From: Magallana gigas
Lineage: Eukaryota
Direction: 5' to 3'
Assembly: GCF_963853765.1 (NCBI RefSeq)
Contig: NC_088856.1
Coordinates: 2,852,001-2,916,000 of the forward strand
Length of the DNA: 64,000 bases
The position numbers and the translations under genes are program-made. Under the pieces are notes generated by a model, which did not search any database, had not been told where the DNA came from, and worked only from the letters and a program-made list of their open reading frames with translations. Of the stretch, positions 37,996 to 54,086 are shown in pieces; positions within the stretch are counted from its first letter, which is position 1, and every line of letters starts with the position of its first letter.

Positions 37996-39389
37996 TTAAA
38001 TTCTCTTCTATTTATTTACAATACCAAAATATGAATCTATACCTTAAAGAATAAAAAAAACCCAACAAACTAATATTCGTCAAGTGTACCTGAACAAAAT
38101 CAAGATATCTTTTTTCACAGATGAAACAAAGTCTCAATTTATTGATAGATTGACTGTCTTTAATTATAGGCTTAACAAATCCGTCTTTTCGAACATGTGG
38201 CATTCCGGCGATTTATTCCTCCCTGCAGCTGGGGACTCTAGAAGCGCCATTACAAACCTAGCTAGTACCAGTAATGACAAGAGCCTGTACCTGACCATGT
38301 CTCGATTGTATTCATACTTCTCTAATTCTGTATAAAAACTAAAAGTTTAACTATATCAATTAATCAGAATATTTACTAACCTCTCCCACCCAACATGGCG
38401 GTTCCAGTGATTTGCTCTTCCTGGTCTTCCTCTGTGTGTAAGATTTGTCATGTGAAGAATTTAAATGTCCCACATACACCCATTTTAGTGTAAATATGCT
38501 TCTGAAAGTTGTAAAGCTTTAAATGACAAAAATTATTTAAATTTTGTGTGATAATCGACAGTGAGATGCGTATTTGCATAATTTTCGTACAGAAGTCACA
38601 AGTTCAGACTTAGCACTGTATTCTGAAAATGAGAGAGACGGCTATAGAGATGTCTATATTGTAAGTGGTTATGCCATGGTCATAGTTTGAATTAGTAAAT
38701 GAGCATGCAGTAACCATAATAACATGTATAACATAACCCAGTTATTCACCCATCAAATGTCCTCGCTAAGAATGCAGTCTTCGTGGTGTTTTTTTTCTCG
38801 GTTACTGAGGCCTTTTTTTTTGATTGGTGGAACCTTTGAAAAGGGGCATTTCGGAAACTCTTTTTGCGTGACTTTATGTATAACCCCTCCCCCCCCCCCC
38901 ACATCAAAGAAAAGCTGGCTGTGAAAGATACTATTTTACTATTTTAAATCTCCAATGAATTCGTGTATAATTCAAACATTTAATTCTTTTTCTATTTAAA
39001 TAGCACAAATTGTTTCACCTTTCTATCAGATACCAGCGATGTTTTTAAGGCTGTTTTGGCATAGTTTTCGACCAATTATATTTATTGAAAAGAGAACACG
39101 GCCTTTGCGTGTATTTGAATTCCTTGTATAGATTTAAGGTATATTTTTAATTATGTATAGATTTAACACCTTAACACAATTAATCTCAATATCCCAGTTA
39201 ACCAAAACCAATATCCTTCAAATCATATTCATTCTAGCTTGACTTGGTTGGAATTTCACGTTAAAAATACGCGCGTTCGATTTTCACGTAAATACACATG
39301 CTATATATAGTATCAGGTTCAATAGCATGCTTGGTATCGTGGTTAGTTTCCCAGTTTTTGTGTAATTTTCTGGGCCAGACAAATCCAAT

Positions 39390-39843
39390 CGATCTCAATG
39401 ATATCCTATTTCCTCTGAGATAAATCACAATGATACAATGCAGACTATTACCTCCGAGATAAATCACAATGATAGCCTATTACTTCTGAGAGAAATCTCA
39501 ATGATAGACTATTACCTCAGAGAGAAATCTCAATGATAGCCTAATACCTCGGAGAGAAATCTCAATGATACATTGCAGACTAATACCTCTGAGAGAAACC
39601 TCAATGATAACCTATGAGAGAAATCTCAATGATAGCCTAATACCTCTGAGAGAAATCTCAATGATAGCCTATTACCTCTGAGAGAAATCTCAATGACAGC
39701 CTATTACTTTTTAGAGAAATCTCAATGTTAGACTATTACCTCTGAGTTAAATCTCAATGACAGCCTATTACCTCTGAGAGAAATCTCAATGACAGCCTAT
39801 TACTTTTTAGAGAAATCTCAATGTTAGACTATTACCTCTGAGA
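39390..39843. repeat. 32-bp minisatellite, ~13 copies
   Basis: Unit CTGAGAGAAATCTCAATGATAGCCTATTACCT; AAATCTCA recurs at 39621 and 39653. Confidence 0.93.
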
Positions 39844-39900
39844 AATAAAAAAACACTTCTAGGAAAAGCACTTTATTCAAGAAAGAAATCAACATTTTAA

Positions 39901-40250
39901 GGTGGCTCACTACACCATGAAATATTTTCTCAAATCAGCAGAAAATTACTTGATTGTGATAGATATCATTATAATGGATAAGAAGTATATAACACTAATA
40001 AGCAAACAATTGTGCAATTTTGGATGAAAAATTACATTTTGAAATTTTTTTTAACTCTGTTAACATGAACAAAAGCTCCAAGTGGATTCGAACTAATGAT
40101 CTGCGGTTTAGAAGCCCAATACTTAAACCACTGAGCTACGATGATATACAACCCAATTGAATGATAAAAACAGTTTAACAAAACATTTAAATCACCATCT
40201 TGTGATGTAGTGTCTTAAAAAGTATTTAAGCGTAGGTGTAGTGAGGTACC
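39901..40250. mobile_element. 350-bp MITE, Kolobok-like (TTAA TSD)
   Basis: TIR GGTGGCTCACTACACC / GGTGTAGTGAGGTACC (2 mismatches). TTAA at 39897-39900 and 40251-40254. Confidence 0.88.
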
Positions 40251-40397
40251 TTAAAGAGAATCTAATTAAAAATATAAAATTTATATATCTATGAAATACT
40301 AAATGTAAGTGCTAGATCAAAACAAATTTTTTTGGGGTGTAAAACAAGTCAAGACTATGTGCTGATTGTACTACTGAATTTTGCTCAGCATTCACAG

Positions 40398-43300
40398 CTA
40401 TTCATTAACATTGACGGTAATGGTTTTTCCCTTGGGATCGTCAAATCTGTCCTGGGTGGTGACGGAGGCGAGCATGGAGAATCCAAACAATAGGATGAGG
40501 ACGAAGGCCAGGGTAGCAATCAGCCCCATCCAGATCACCTCCGAAAAGAAAGGGACGCAGTCCCAGCCGTCCGAGAACTTGTAGTCCATCACATCAAACG
40601 GCTGCAGCTGCAAGGGGAAATGATCTCTAATAAATTTAATATCAAGACATGAAAAAAGAATAAGCTCACCTGTTTCAGTAAATATACAAGTAAATTACGG
40701 CTACTGACTTGTTCCTGAGACTTATTCAGCCATCATTTATTGAGCCAAAAGAATGAATGATTCATCCATAAAAAACTTTCAATGCTATTAAAGTGAACGC
40801 ATTCCTGTCTGAGGTCACTCAATTAATCAGGGTACTGAAGAACTGATGGGAGTTGATTTTGTCGATGTTCATTTATTTTAAAATCAATGATATGTTATTT
40901 TGCATGACAAGTACATGTAGTTTCTAATTTGATTTGAATTATGCACATTTTTTATAAATGAATTTTTGCACTTTTTCGACAAGAATGTCGAGAAACCCCC
41001 ATATGAATCATGTAAAATAATATTTAAATATAAAATTAATTCAATCAAACTATGTATCAGAAACAGAAATATTTCTCGAAAATTGCATGGATCCAAGCAA
41101 TATTGAACTCTAGTCTCCTTCAACCAAACGCTCGGCTGACACCGTAAATCTCTGACAAGGATTTACGGTGACAGCCGAGCGTTGAGTTGAACGAGACTAT
41201 ATTGAACTCTGGCGTAGGAATACATACGACTGCAAAAAATATTTAAATTGTTTGTACCATTTAAAATCTGACTATTTTCAAGGTATTTATAAATAAGTTT
41301 CCTTGAAAAACAATGCTTTAGCATACATTACATCGAATTTATCAATTATTTTCAAGAACTAAGTCTTGTCAGCAGCAATGATTTGTGCTGAGGTCCAAAC
41401 ACTGTTTCACTTTCGGTTTGTCTGAGTAACTGCATAGGAGAGTTGATTAAAATCAACTCCCAAAAATAAATTACCCTACACTGTATATTAAGTCAAAATG
41501 ATTATTGGAAAAGGTTACTGTTGATTTACTCTTATTGACAAGTTAACAGTTGATGATTGTGAATGCTGTACAGCTTATAACAATTGAAACTGAAGAATTC
41601 TATCCCAGTAAGTTCATATCAAAACAATAAATGCGTTATTTCTGATAACATGAGTAGCAGTCACTAGTAGACATTGACAGGAAAATAAATTGTCCACAAA
41701 AGGATGTACACATTTCCTACAAAAGCATTATACGCAATAAATAGCTGGACGTATGGGGTTTCTCTAAGTTCTAATGTTGGGATCTGAGCTAACCTGAAAT
41801 CCTTCGAGGGACATAGTGAAGTTATCGGTACTATTGATAGCGACCAGTTTTTCTAGGGAGGAGCAGTGGTAGGAGAATCCCCACGGCGCTGATACTTTTT
41901 TCAACTTCATCGGGTGGTTTCCCCCATTCCAAGTCACCTTGGTGTTATTGATGCTCCAGTATCCAGACACGTTACTCACGGTCATGATCAGACTGAGAAA
42001 GATATCACATGTACATTTCATGTCATCACAAAAAATGTGTAACAATAAATCTGTAATATGTTCATTACTTCAATCATTTTTAAGCTGTTTTTTTTTTCCA
42101 ATTCTCATGGGATAAAATATAAACTAACCGCGTCCTACTTTAACACGTTTTTATCTTTTGCTGTAATTAAATTCAAAAATATCTAAACACGGGCATTATA
42201 ATTAAGATTCATTGAATCAAGGCAGATACTTACCTCATTGTCATAATAATCTTCGAATTGTTTGTGTATGTAAAAGCCAGGCTATAAAACAAAATTGTCA
42301 TCTACTGCAATGATTAATTCTTGATATAATACTATGCCAATATTGTAGTACGAGTCTAAGAAAGAGGTTTAAAAGTTTATAATGAAAAAATAAAAAAACT
42401 TGTAGAAAAAAAAATTAATGTCATATTTTAAAGAACAGTGTGCCAACCCATCAATTTTCCTCAGTTTCATGAATGTTTAAAGTCACAGGTAAAATGAAAT
42501 TTTCCTAATTGTTTCATTGTCATATGAAAAATGAATTCATACCTATGTCATGGTTGCATGTAAAATAAATTCATACCATACTATGTCATTGTCACATGAA
42601 AAATGAATTCATACCTAACTATGTCATGGTCACATGTTAAACTAGAACTGTCCTAATGGGACTAATACCCCCGCAAAGCTAATTTCAAATGGGACAAATA
42701 ATTGAATTGAATAATAAAGGTTTGGAACACATACAAATAAAAAAAATTCTAGAAATGTAATAAAAAAAAAATTAGTTAACATAGAAAAATTAAAATCAAA
42801 ATTGTCGGAATTTCACTGTAAATACAATATGTATAACAGTTATTCATTTACAAATTTATGTATCTGATGATAATTTTTTTTATTTGTTTTAAAGAAAAAC
42901 CAACAAAATGACAATAACCCCTCCCTTTGCAGTAAATGGAAATACCAGTAGCCAAGCAATGCTCTTCTGTTGATAAAACTTTGAATATCTTTCTAATAAG
43001 AGTCTTGACAGATGCAATTAGTTGTTTCAAATTTTCCTCACTTTCTCCTATTGTACAATGGAACTCCATATCAGAAAATTGATCCCATGGGACTATGATT
43101 TTCTTTGATGACCTTGTTAAATTTAATAAACTCCCAAAACATTACCATAATTGCCATACTATGTAAACATATGTAAAAAAAGAAAATTTAATATTACGAA
43201 AATTTTTAAAATTGTCAAATTACTACAACCATATTAGTAATTTTGAATTTCATTTAGATTAATGCCCTATAGGGTCACCTCATCAATTTACTTGACTAAT

Positions 43301-46300
43301 AAATTTAAACAACTTCTAAAAATAGTTAACTTCTTTATTAATAATGATATTATTTATTTTTCTTATAATGATAGAAACTTTTGGTTAACATAAAACAGTT
43401 TTAAAATAGCCCCAAAACCACTGCCCATTTTACAGATTATCAATTTTCCCTAAAGTTAAACACATGCTCCATCTAAACCATGGCTCTGATAATGGCCCCC
43501 CTTGGGACAAATGAATTCAGCCAAACTTGTCTTTGATGTTCTTATTAGCTCCTAAGAATTCATCATTGACAATTTTTTTTTTGGCATTTTCAGTTGATAG
43601 AATATTATGAAAAATAAATTTAGTTATGACATAAAGACAAAAAACCTCCATATGGATGTATTTATATACCGTAAATATATTTTAGAGTGTTTTTAATATT
43701 AAATACTATTAATTAATAAATCAAATCTGTAAGGATTACCTCCCTTACTTTTCAACATCAGTGTACAATATATAGAATAAGGAAAATGAAAACTGTTATA
43801 AAATCATAAAATCTTGTCTGATCTTAAAAAAAATTGCAGGTGCGCATCTTCAGATGGTGATCAACATATGTACAAATTTTCATATTGTTCCATGCAGTAG
43901 TAAAAAATTATATAGGGGGTACAATGTCGCGTCTACAGACTGACCAACAGACAGACAGACAGGGTGAAACCAATATACCCCCCTAAACTTTGTTTGTGGG
44001 GGTATAATGAATTCATACCTAACCATGCCATTGTCACACGTAAAAATGAATTCATACCTAACTATGTCATTGTCACATATAAAAAAATTTCATACCTAAC
44101 TATGTTCCTTGTCACATGTAAAACGAAATTGTTACCTAATTGTGTCATAATAACCACAGGTGCTTGAGGACAGGATCGACCCCCCCCCCCCCCTACAAGA
44201 TTATAGACCCCCGGGAGGGGGGGGGGGGGTCGATCCTGTCCTCAAGCACCTGTGATAATAACAGGTATTAAGAATTCTTACTATTGCTATTGTTGTAGTA
44301 CGAAAGCTAATAATGTCACAGGTAGAATGAATTCTTACCTACTAATTGCACTTTTACCTACCTGTGTCTTTGTTACAGGTAAAATGAATATCAAACTGAT
44401 AAATTGTCAAAGTTAGAAATAATTTCTACTTAGTTTTTCATTATCAAATGTTGGATGAATTTTACCAATTTTTAATTTTACGTGTGATGGTCAATGTAGG
44501 ATCAAATCTTACCTTGCAGTTATATTGTCAACACAGGAGTGATTTGTCATTGTGAAACTTTTAGGGTCATTTAGTTGAGTTGAGTTCCCTATGTTGATTG
44601 ATCTCACATACAAGAGGATGCAGGAGGAGTTGTACAAAGTGCCATTAGCATACTCTATAAATGTACCACTATTATCTGCCCCAACACTGAGTAGACCTCT
44701 CCTAGTTCGGACTTTGTTACTCTCTGCCTGTAAAATAAATAAAAAACAATCATACATCGTCCGCAATGAGAACATCAACATTCTCCTAAGCTATACCTAC
44801 TGTGATCGTTCAATTGATTCCGACAATTGACAGTCCGACAAGAATGAATTCATCACTCTAGTAAATCTGACAGATTCATGTTAAACTCACACCACCTACA
44901 CATAAAGTTATCTTTGTTTGATCAAACTGGTGATGCTTTATCAAATACTTCTGGTCCAAACTATTTTTGACACAGCCCCCCACTTCAACGCTTCAGTGAC
45001 CTATTTTTAAAGATTTCCTGTATATATTCCACATCATTTTTTCTACTACCAAAAATTGATTAAAAATGGGCTTTGTCGAAGATTTACATCATAAATATGA
45101 AGGTATAAAACACATAAATGTGTAAAGAATAAAACTGTAAATCATGTTGGTTATCAAGGGGTTAATTTGAATTGTCGACTTAAAGAAAAAAAATGTTTTG
45201 GCTGCGTTTCTATTCAAGAACTTACCAAAATAATGTTTCCTAAGACTTTAATTTCAACGCCAGCAAGCAACCTTATTCAATATTTTCAACTTCAATCATA
45301 AGACTATGTACATAACATATATGACAGTACATAAAAGTCTTCCTTGTTCATAATAGTCAAACCTAAATGAAATAGTCCCTACAGTATTTAAAAGTCTCAT
45401 ATGTACATACATAGTGCTGTCCCTTCTTTGCAATGTCTGATATAGCATGGTGAACACTTACTGCTTTGGAACTCGTGGCCGTGTAGAGAGCACTATATTT
45501 GACTCCCCGCTTAGCGAGCTGTTTCACCACTCGACCGATCGTCTCATCTATAAAATTCCAGACATATTTCATACAGCTACTATCATATGAGAAAGGTACA
45601 CAGTTGTATGAAAAATTAATGAGCAATAATTCTCAACAAATTTTCAACAAATATCCATCACTTAAAATACTGAATATTCTACACTAAATTATAGACAATA
45701 CAGAAACATGTCAGATATATACATCATGCATCAGAGTGCAATCTGCTAAACAGAAGGGAAACATAAAAACAAAAATTCTGACATTACAGCAAGGCCTTAT
45801 GGAGACTTCATAATGTTTATCTAATGATATGTTATTAGCAAGCACATATACTATGATATCATTTAGCATATCAATGAACATAAACCAGATACTGAAGATC
45901 TTCTTGAGTTATTACCATTCTTTCTGAATCCTTCCTCTTCATTAGGACTGTCCGATATTGATGTCAATTTCACAATAACAAGATTGGGCAATTTGGAGTC
46001 AAAGTCAATTTTGCTAGCATCTTGATCTTTGACGTGGTGAACTTTGCCCTCAAAGGTTTTGATGATATCATCAATGGCCAGGCCTGGGAGGTGAACCGAT
46101 GGAAGACTCAGTGAAGAGAGCTCATCCATGAAACCCTGCGATTGGAAAATTCATATAAAAACATTAAATACAACTACAGCCTCTTTATGAGGTTAACATG
46201 TGAGACTGAGGAAAAGCACATTGACAGAGTGAACATTTTGAGGTCAGCTAAAGGTCAATATTTCCATTATGTTAGCATATCCTAAAATTATGCAAAATAA

Positions 46301-47636
46301 ATTGGCATAGCAAAAAAAGCTGCAGATTCCATTCATGTGTATAAATTATGATACTTTAACAATATTCAAAGAAAGCCATGTCTCTCTTGGATGCCAGTTA
46401 GTTGATCATATATAAAATATCTGCTATCATTAGGATCATCTCAAACAAGGACACACCAAAACTGTTGAAGATGTTAGTGTTCTGAGTTTCAATTGTAAGT
46501 TTGGATTCATCATACCTTTACATTCTTGAAAACTCCTCCATTACTTTCTGGGTTATAAACATCCGCATGCTGGGTAAAATCCTGCAGACTTAGCTGTCAA
46601 ACAAAATTAAAAATACAATATTTTATTTCATATAAATATAAATAAATACTTTCTTTATCAGTAGTCAATAAAGACAATTATATTAAACAAATAAAATAAC
46701 TATTTCATCACTGAACAATTTGAGCTAAACAGTTATAATACAAAAGTTGTTTGAAACTCCTACCTTATCCTGTACAAAGACAACAAGGTTCCCATTGTTT
46801 CCTGTAGTTAGCGGTTTCAGGTACTGGTTACTGAAGTCCGAGGAGACCACTGTTTGACCACCATTGCTTTGGGGAAGGTCGGCAAAGGATCTGTAGATGA
46901 TTGATTAAAGAAATGTCATATCAAATTAACAAATCTAGATATGACTCAAAAGTAAACAGTCTGAGGAATGCGGCCAAACCATATTTAAAATAAAAATATC
47001 TGTTTTAACTTTTGGTAGACAGAAACCTATGGATGATTTGCAACAATCTTGATTTTAACCTTTTTTAAAATATGGAACGGAAAAACTTTGCGAAGAAAAT
47101 TGTTTATTTGTGAAGAGAACTGTACTTGCCCCAGTGACTTAACATGTGATGCAATTTTCTTCAGAAATGAACTTTCGTTCGATTATTAAAATGGGGGTGG
47201 GCTACAATATTTAATTCCACCTCCAAATGCGGATCAAACCACCAAGAGCTGAAGAGTTAGCTCGGTGACAAACCTTATTATATTATCATTGACAAAATCA
47301 ATACAATTAATCGGACTTTTTCTTTTTTTATTAAATGTGCATATAAAAACACATACGTTGTTCAGCTTAAACAGATCGGGATATAAACTAAAACGTGTAA
47401 ATTTTAAGAGAATGCAGTAAATTTTTGCGTTTCTAGGCGGGCCAACACAAACTGACTGGACTCCGAGTACCATGAGTACGGTATAAAATAAGATTAACAA
47501 TTTAAAAAATAATATTAGATTTGAAATTTTTTAATAAAAACTACCTAGAAGAAGACCATAACAAAACCGGGACTTTAGTGGATAAAGCCAGGCAGAAACA
47601 GGAAAGAATTGCGATACATCTCAATACGCCCTCCAT
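40398..47636 (-). CDS. ATP6AP1: V-type proton ATPase accessory subunit S1 (Ac45), 424 aa
   Basis: Exons 47636-47545, 46890-46764, 46593-46516, 46135-45916, 45547-45462, 44727-44513, 42281-42234, 41992-41794, 40607-40398, phase-consistent (1275 nt). Signal peptide plus VPVLLWSS, furin-type RTRR, FSYHC, QLQPF, FS...DCVPFFS..IWMGL TM segment and DRFDDPKGKTI tail. Confidence 0.95.
41111..41199. mobile_element. 89-bp hairpin MITE with 10-bp TSD
   Basis: ~40-bp arms around a 9-bp loop. TATTGAACTC at 41101-41110 and 41200-41209. Confidence 0.92.
42520..44140. repeat. ~40-bp intronic tandem repeat (ATGAATTCATACCTAACTATGTCATTGTCACAT...) split by a Helentron
   Basis: Units at 42520-42638 resume at 44008-44140. 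Confidence 0.8.
42639..44007 (+). mobile_element. Non-autonomous Helentron/HINE
   Basis: Starts AAACTAG. Subterminal IR ATACCCCCGCAAAG / CTTTGTTTGTGGGGGTAT, a (GACA)n tract and a 3' C-run/G-run hairpin. Inserted in an A/T run without a TSD. Confidence 0.75.
44155..44254. mobile_element. 100-bp hAT-like MITE with 8-bp TSD
   Basis: Arms CACAGGTGCTTGAGGACAGGATCGACC(C)n / (G)nTCGATCCTGTCCTCAAGCACCTGTG. ATAATAAC at 44147-44154 and 44255-44262. Confidence 0.93.
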
Positions 47637-47844
47637 GTTGCCGCAGTCACGTGATAATGTAATCATATGACTCCTTTTCACTTACATTAAAACAAGCAAA
47701 GAAAATTATTTTGAATATTGAATATATAAAATTTACACTAAATATATACTTTTTAGTCCCTTGTGGATTTTTATTTAAAAAAAAAAATTAACCCAGAGTT
47801 CTCGCGAAAAATCGCGAGATCTCCCTTTTTCACAAATCGCCATT
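47637..47844. promoter_or_regulatory. Bidirectional promoter between ATP6AP1 and RPS23
   Basis: Divergent ATGs at 47636 and 47845. GTCACGTGA at 47646-47654, TCTCGCGA-AAAA-TCGCGAGA at 47800-47819, pyrimidine tract CTCCCTTTTT at 47821-47830. Confidence 0.8.
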
Positions 47845-51573
<3,729 letters not shown>

Positions 51574-53144
51574 ATGTATATAATGCTAATAAAGAGTTTT
51601 TGAGGGAACTTTTCTTTTGTTTGTCAGATATTCATGAAGTTAAATCAAGACTTGCAAGGTTTCTTTTTATTAAAGTCACTTGGGTCGTAGAAGGACCATT
51701 ATATTCAATATCTGTTTAAGAGAATATTAAAGATTGTGCTGTACAGATAAAAATTAGGTTTCCAGGTCTTGCACTACATGTACAGCACACCTTGCTGAAA
51801 CTTTCAGTGTTAGAATTGCGTTAGGAGAAAGTCTTCATGTTAATGAGTCAAAAGCAATACAAGGTAGCTTGGGCACTGATTATGATATATACAATGTACA
51901 TTTCTGTTAAATATATAAAAGCCTTGTAGCAATTATGGCAGTGACGTTGAACGATGAGGTGAGATGAAGTTTCAAGGCCTGGCCAAAAGTTAAGGTCATT
52001 GCAAACTTCTGTGAAATTAAACCTTTACCCATGCGCTAAATATTTGTTTTGCCTTGACCCTAAATGGCTGATACTTCGCAAACAGAAATGTTGTGGGTAA
52101 AGGGTATGTTTTGACCTTGCTGAAAAAACAGTTTGTGACAATTATTCCTCTTCCTTTGGATCTTCATTTAAATACATGTACCTGTAAGTATGTAGGGACT
52201 GAGCAGTGACCTTGAATCAAGTTACTATGTCAAGGTCATGGAAAATGTCTGTATCTTACTTTTTCTAACAGGACGTCTGCTATAACTTCACCAATAACTG
52301 ATCAAGGAAGTGCAATGACCCTGAACAAATTTCTAAGGCAAAAATTATTAAACAGGATCATTCGAGATGGACCATCTCGATGATGTCTAGTAGAATTTTT
52401 CTGTCAGTTTGAAACGGGGAAAGTGAAAAGCTGGAATGGTCACTGTTGGTAAAAGCTTAGTCAGACGTATCCTTCTTTGGAGACCTGCATAAATAAATCG
52501 CATAATGCACTTTACATTTGATACAGATAATTCTCTTGCACAGGATACGCCTAGAATTTCCTTTCTCTATATAAGTGTGCATTAAGAAATATTCAGATGT
52601 TTGTTCTCATTCACTTGTTGTGTGGATGACCAATGGCTGCGATTTCGATATGGGCATCTAAATATGCTAGTTAAACATTTTTATTTTGGAAAAATACGTC
52701 AATTTTTATTTGTAAAACTTTTTCACGGATTTTGTCACTAAGAAAATGCAAAGTTTTATAATGTTTCAAAAAGGCTTCAAAGACAAATTGACGTTTAATG
52801 ACATTCATGGCCAAATGTTTTAGTAAATTTTACAGTCTAATTGATACCATCTACAATATATACTAATTCATTGTTTTGAAAACTATTCTCCTGACACTGC
52901 ATCGATTTCGTTATAATTACATGTAAGGTTCAGCGAATTTCTTTTTAAAAAGGCTCGTGGAAAACCCTGCCTTCTGATTACGAAAAAAAACCCCAACATT
53001 TCATTATCTTTGACTTTAAAAACTAATTGGATTAAGCATTTATATTCCATATGCATTCGGTCATCAAATAGTAGTAAATTTGATATGATAAAATTTGAAC
53101 TTCTTTTTACATTAAAAAAGATATTTTACATTAATATTAACACA

Positions 53145-53842
53145 CAGTGGCGTAGCGTACTATAAGGCAAAAAGGCAATTGCCTACACATAATTTTGTAA
53201 AGCAAATTTTAAAATTTGTGTACAATTTTAAATTTAAAACAAAGTTGACATTAACTTTGATTAGTTAAAAAATCATAAAACAAATCGAAAGCAGTAATTG
53301 TCATATATGTAATATCAATCGACGGGTTTTTTTTTGCATGCATGCGATTGCTGTAAACTGTGCCTGGAAACCACGAAAAGCTAAACAAGAATTATTTTTT
53401 TTATCACAAATAACTTATTACTCCTAGTAATATATGTACATGTGGCGTATCAGTTATGACTTATAAAGAAGTTGATATAGAAATAGTACGGTTGTTGGTT
53501 TTGTTTACAAAAACATGCAGAATATGGTTAATGATGCGGTGTATATTTCAATAACGAAAAATATAAGTTTGGTTTGCTTTTATTACGAAATGAATGTAGT
53601 GACTGAGAATAGGAAATAAAATATTTTAAATTTACATAATGTTCCATAAAAACACTCATAACTAATTTGTTGAAGCTAACAATTTTTTACTCTCAAAAGT
53701 GGTATTTTTGCGTCCTTTTTAAAAAAAATTTCTAGGGGGAGGCCCCCCTAAACCCCCCCCCCCCCCCCCTGCGGGAGGGGGGGTACCCCCTCCCACACCT
53801 ACCCCCTTCCGCGCTTCGCGCATGGGTCACGCTACGCCGCTG
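53145..53842. mobile_element. ~700-bp MITE
   Basis: 14-bp TIR CAG(T/C)GGCGTAGCGT. ACACA on both flanks (53140-53144, 53843-53847). Confidence 0.82.
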
Positions 53843-54086
53843 ACACACCATCTTTGAGTATTATGATTTTAAAATATTTTTGGTAGTAAAAAGAGCGCCC
53901 GTTTTTTTCACAACGTTTGTGTAATATCTGTAGCAATCGCAGCCTCTCGGATCTTTCCACAGAGCTTGGAAATTCCGAGCTAGCGGAGCGGCACGACAAT
54001 TCTAAAAAACCCGGATAGACTAAGGCTTTGGTTTTATAATTTAGAGTGCTAGATCTTATGTCCGACTTGAATTTTAGAAGAAAACA

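Noticed and set aside
39390-39843. Regularly spaced repeats resembling a CRISPR array (also 60820-61215)
   Set aside because: Head-to-tail units without unique spacers, no cas genes, eukaryotic context.
47234-47500. 88-aa ORF as ATP6AP1 first exon
   Set aside because: The true first exon is 47636-47545 (signal peptide, VPVLLWSS, phase-compatible donor); this ORF is intronic.
51940-52330. Degenerate TGACCTTG/CAAGGTCA-rich repeats
   Set aside because: Probably an old Helentron remnant, but ends could not be defined.
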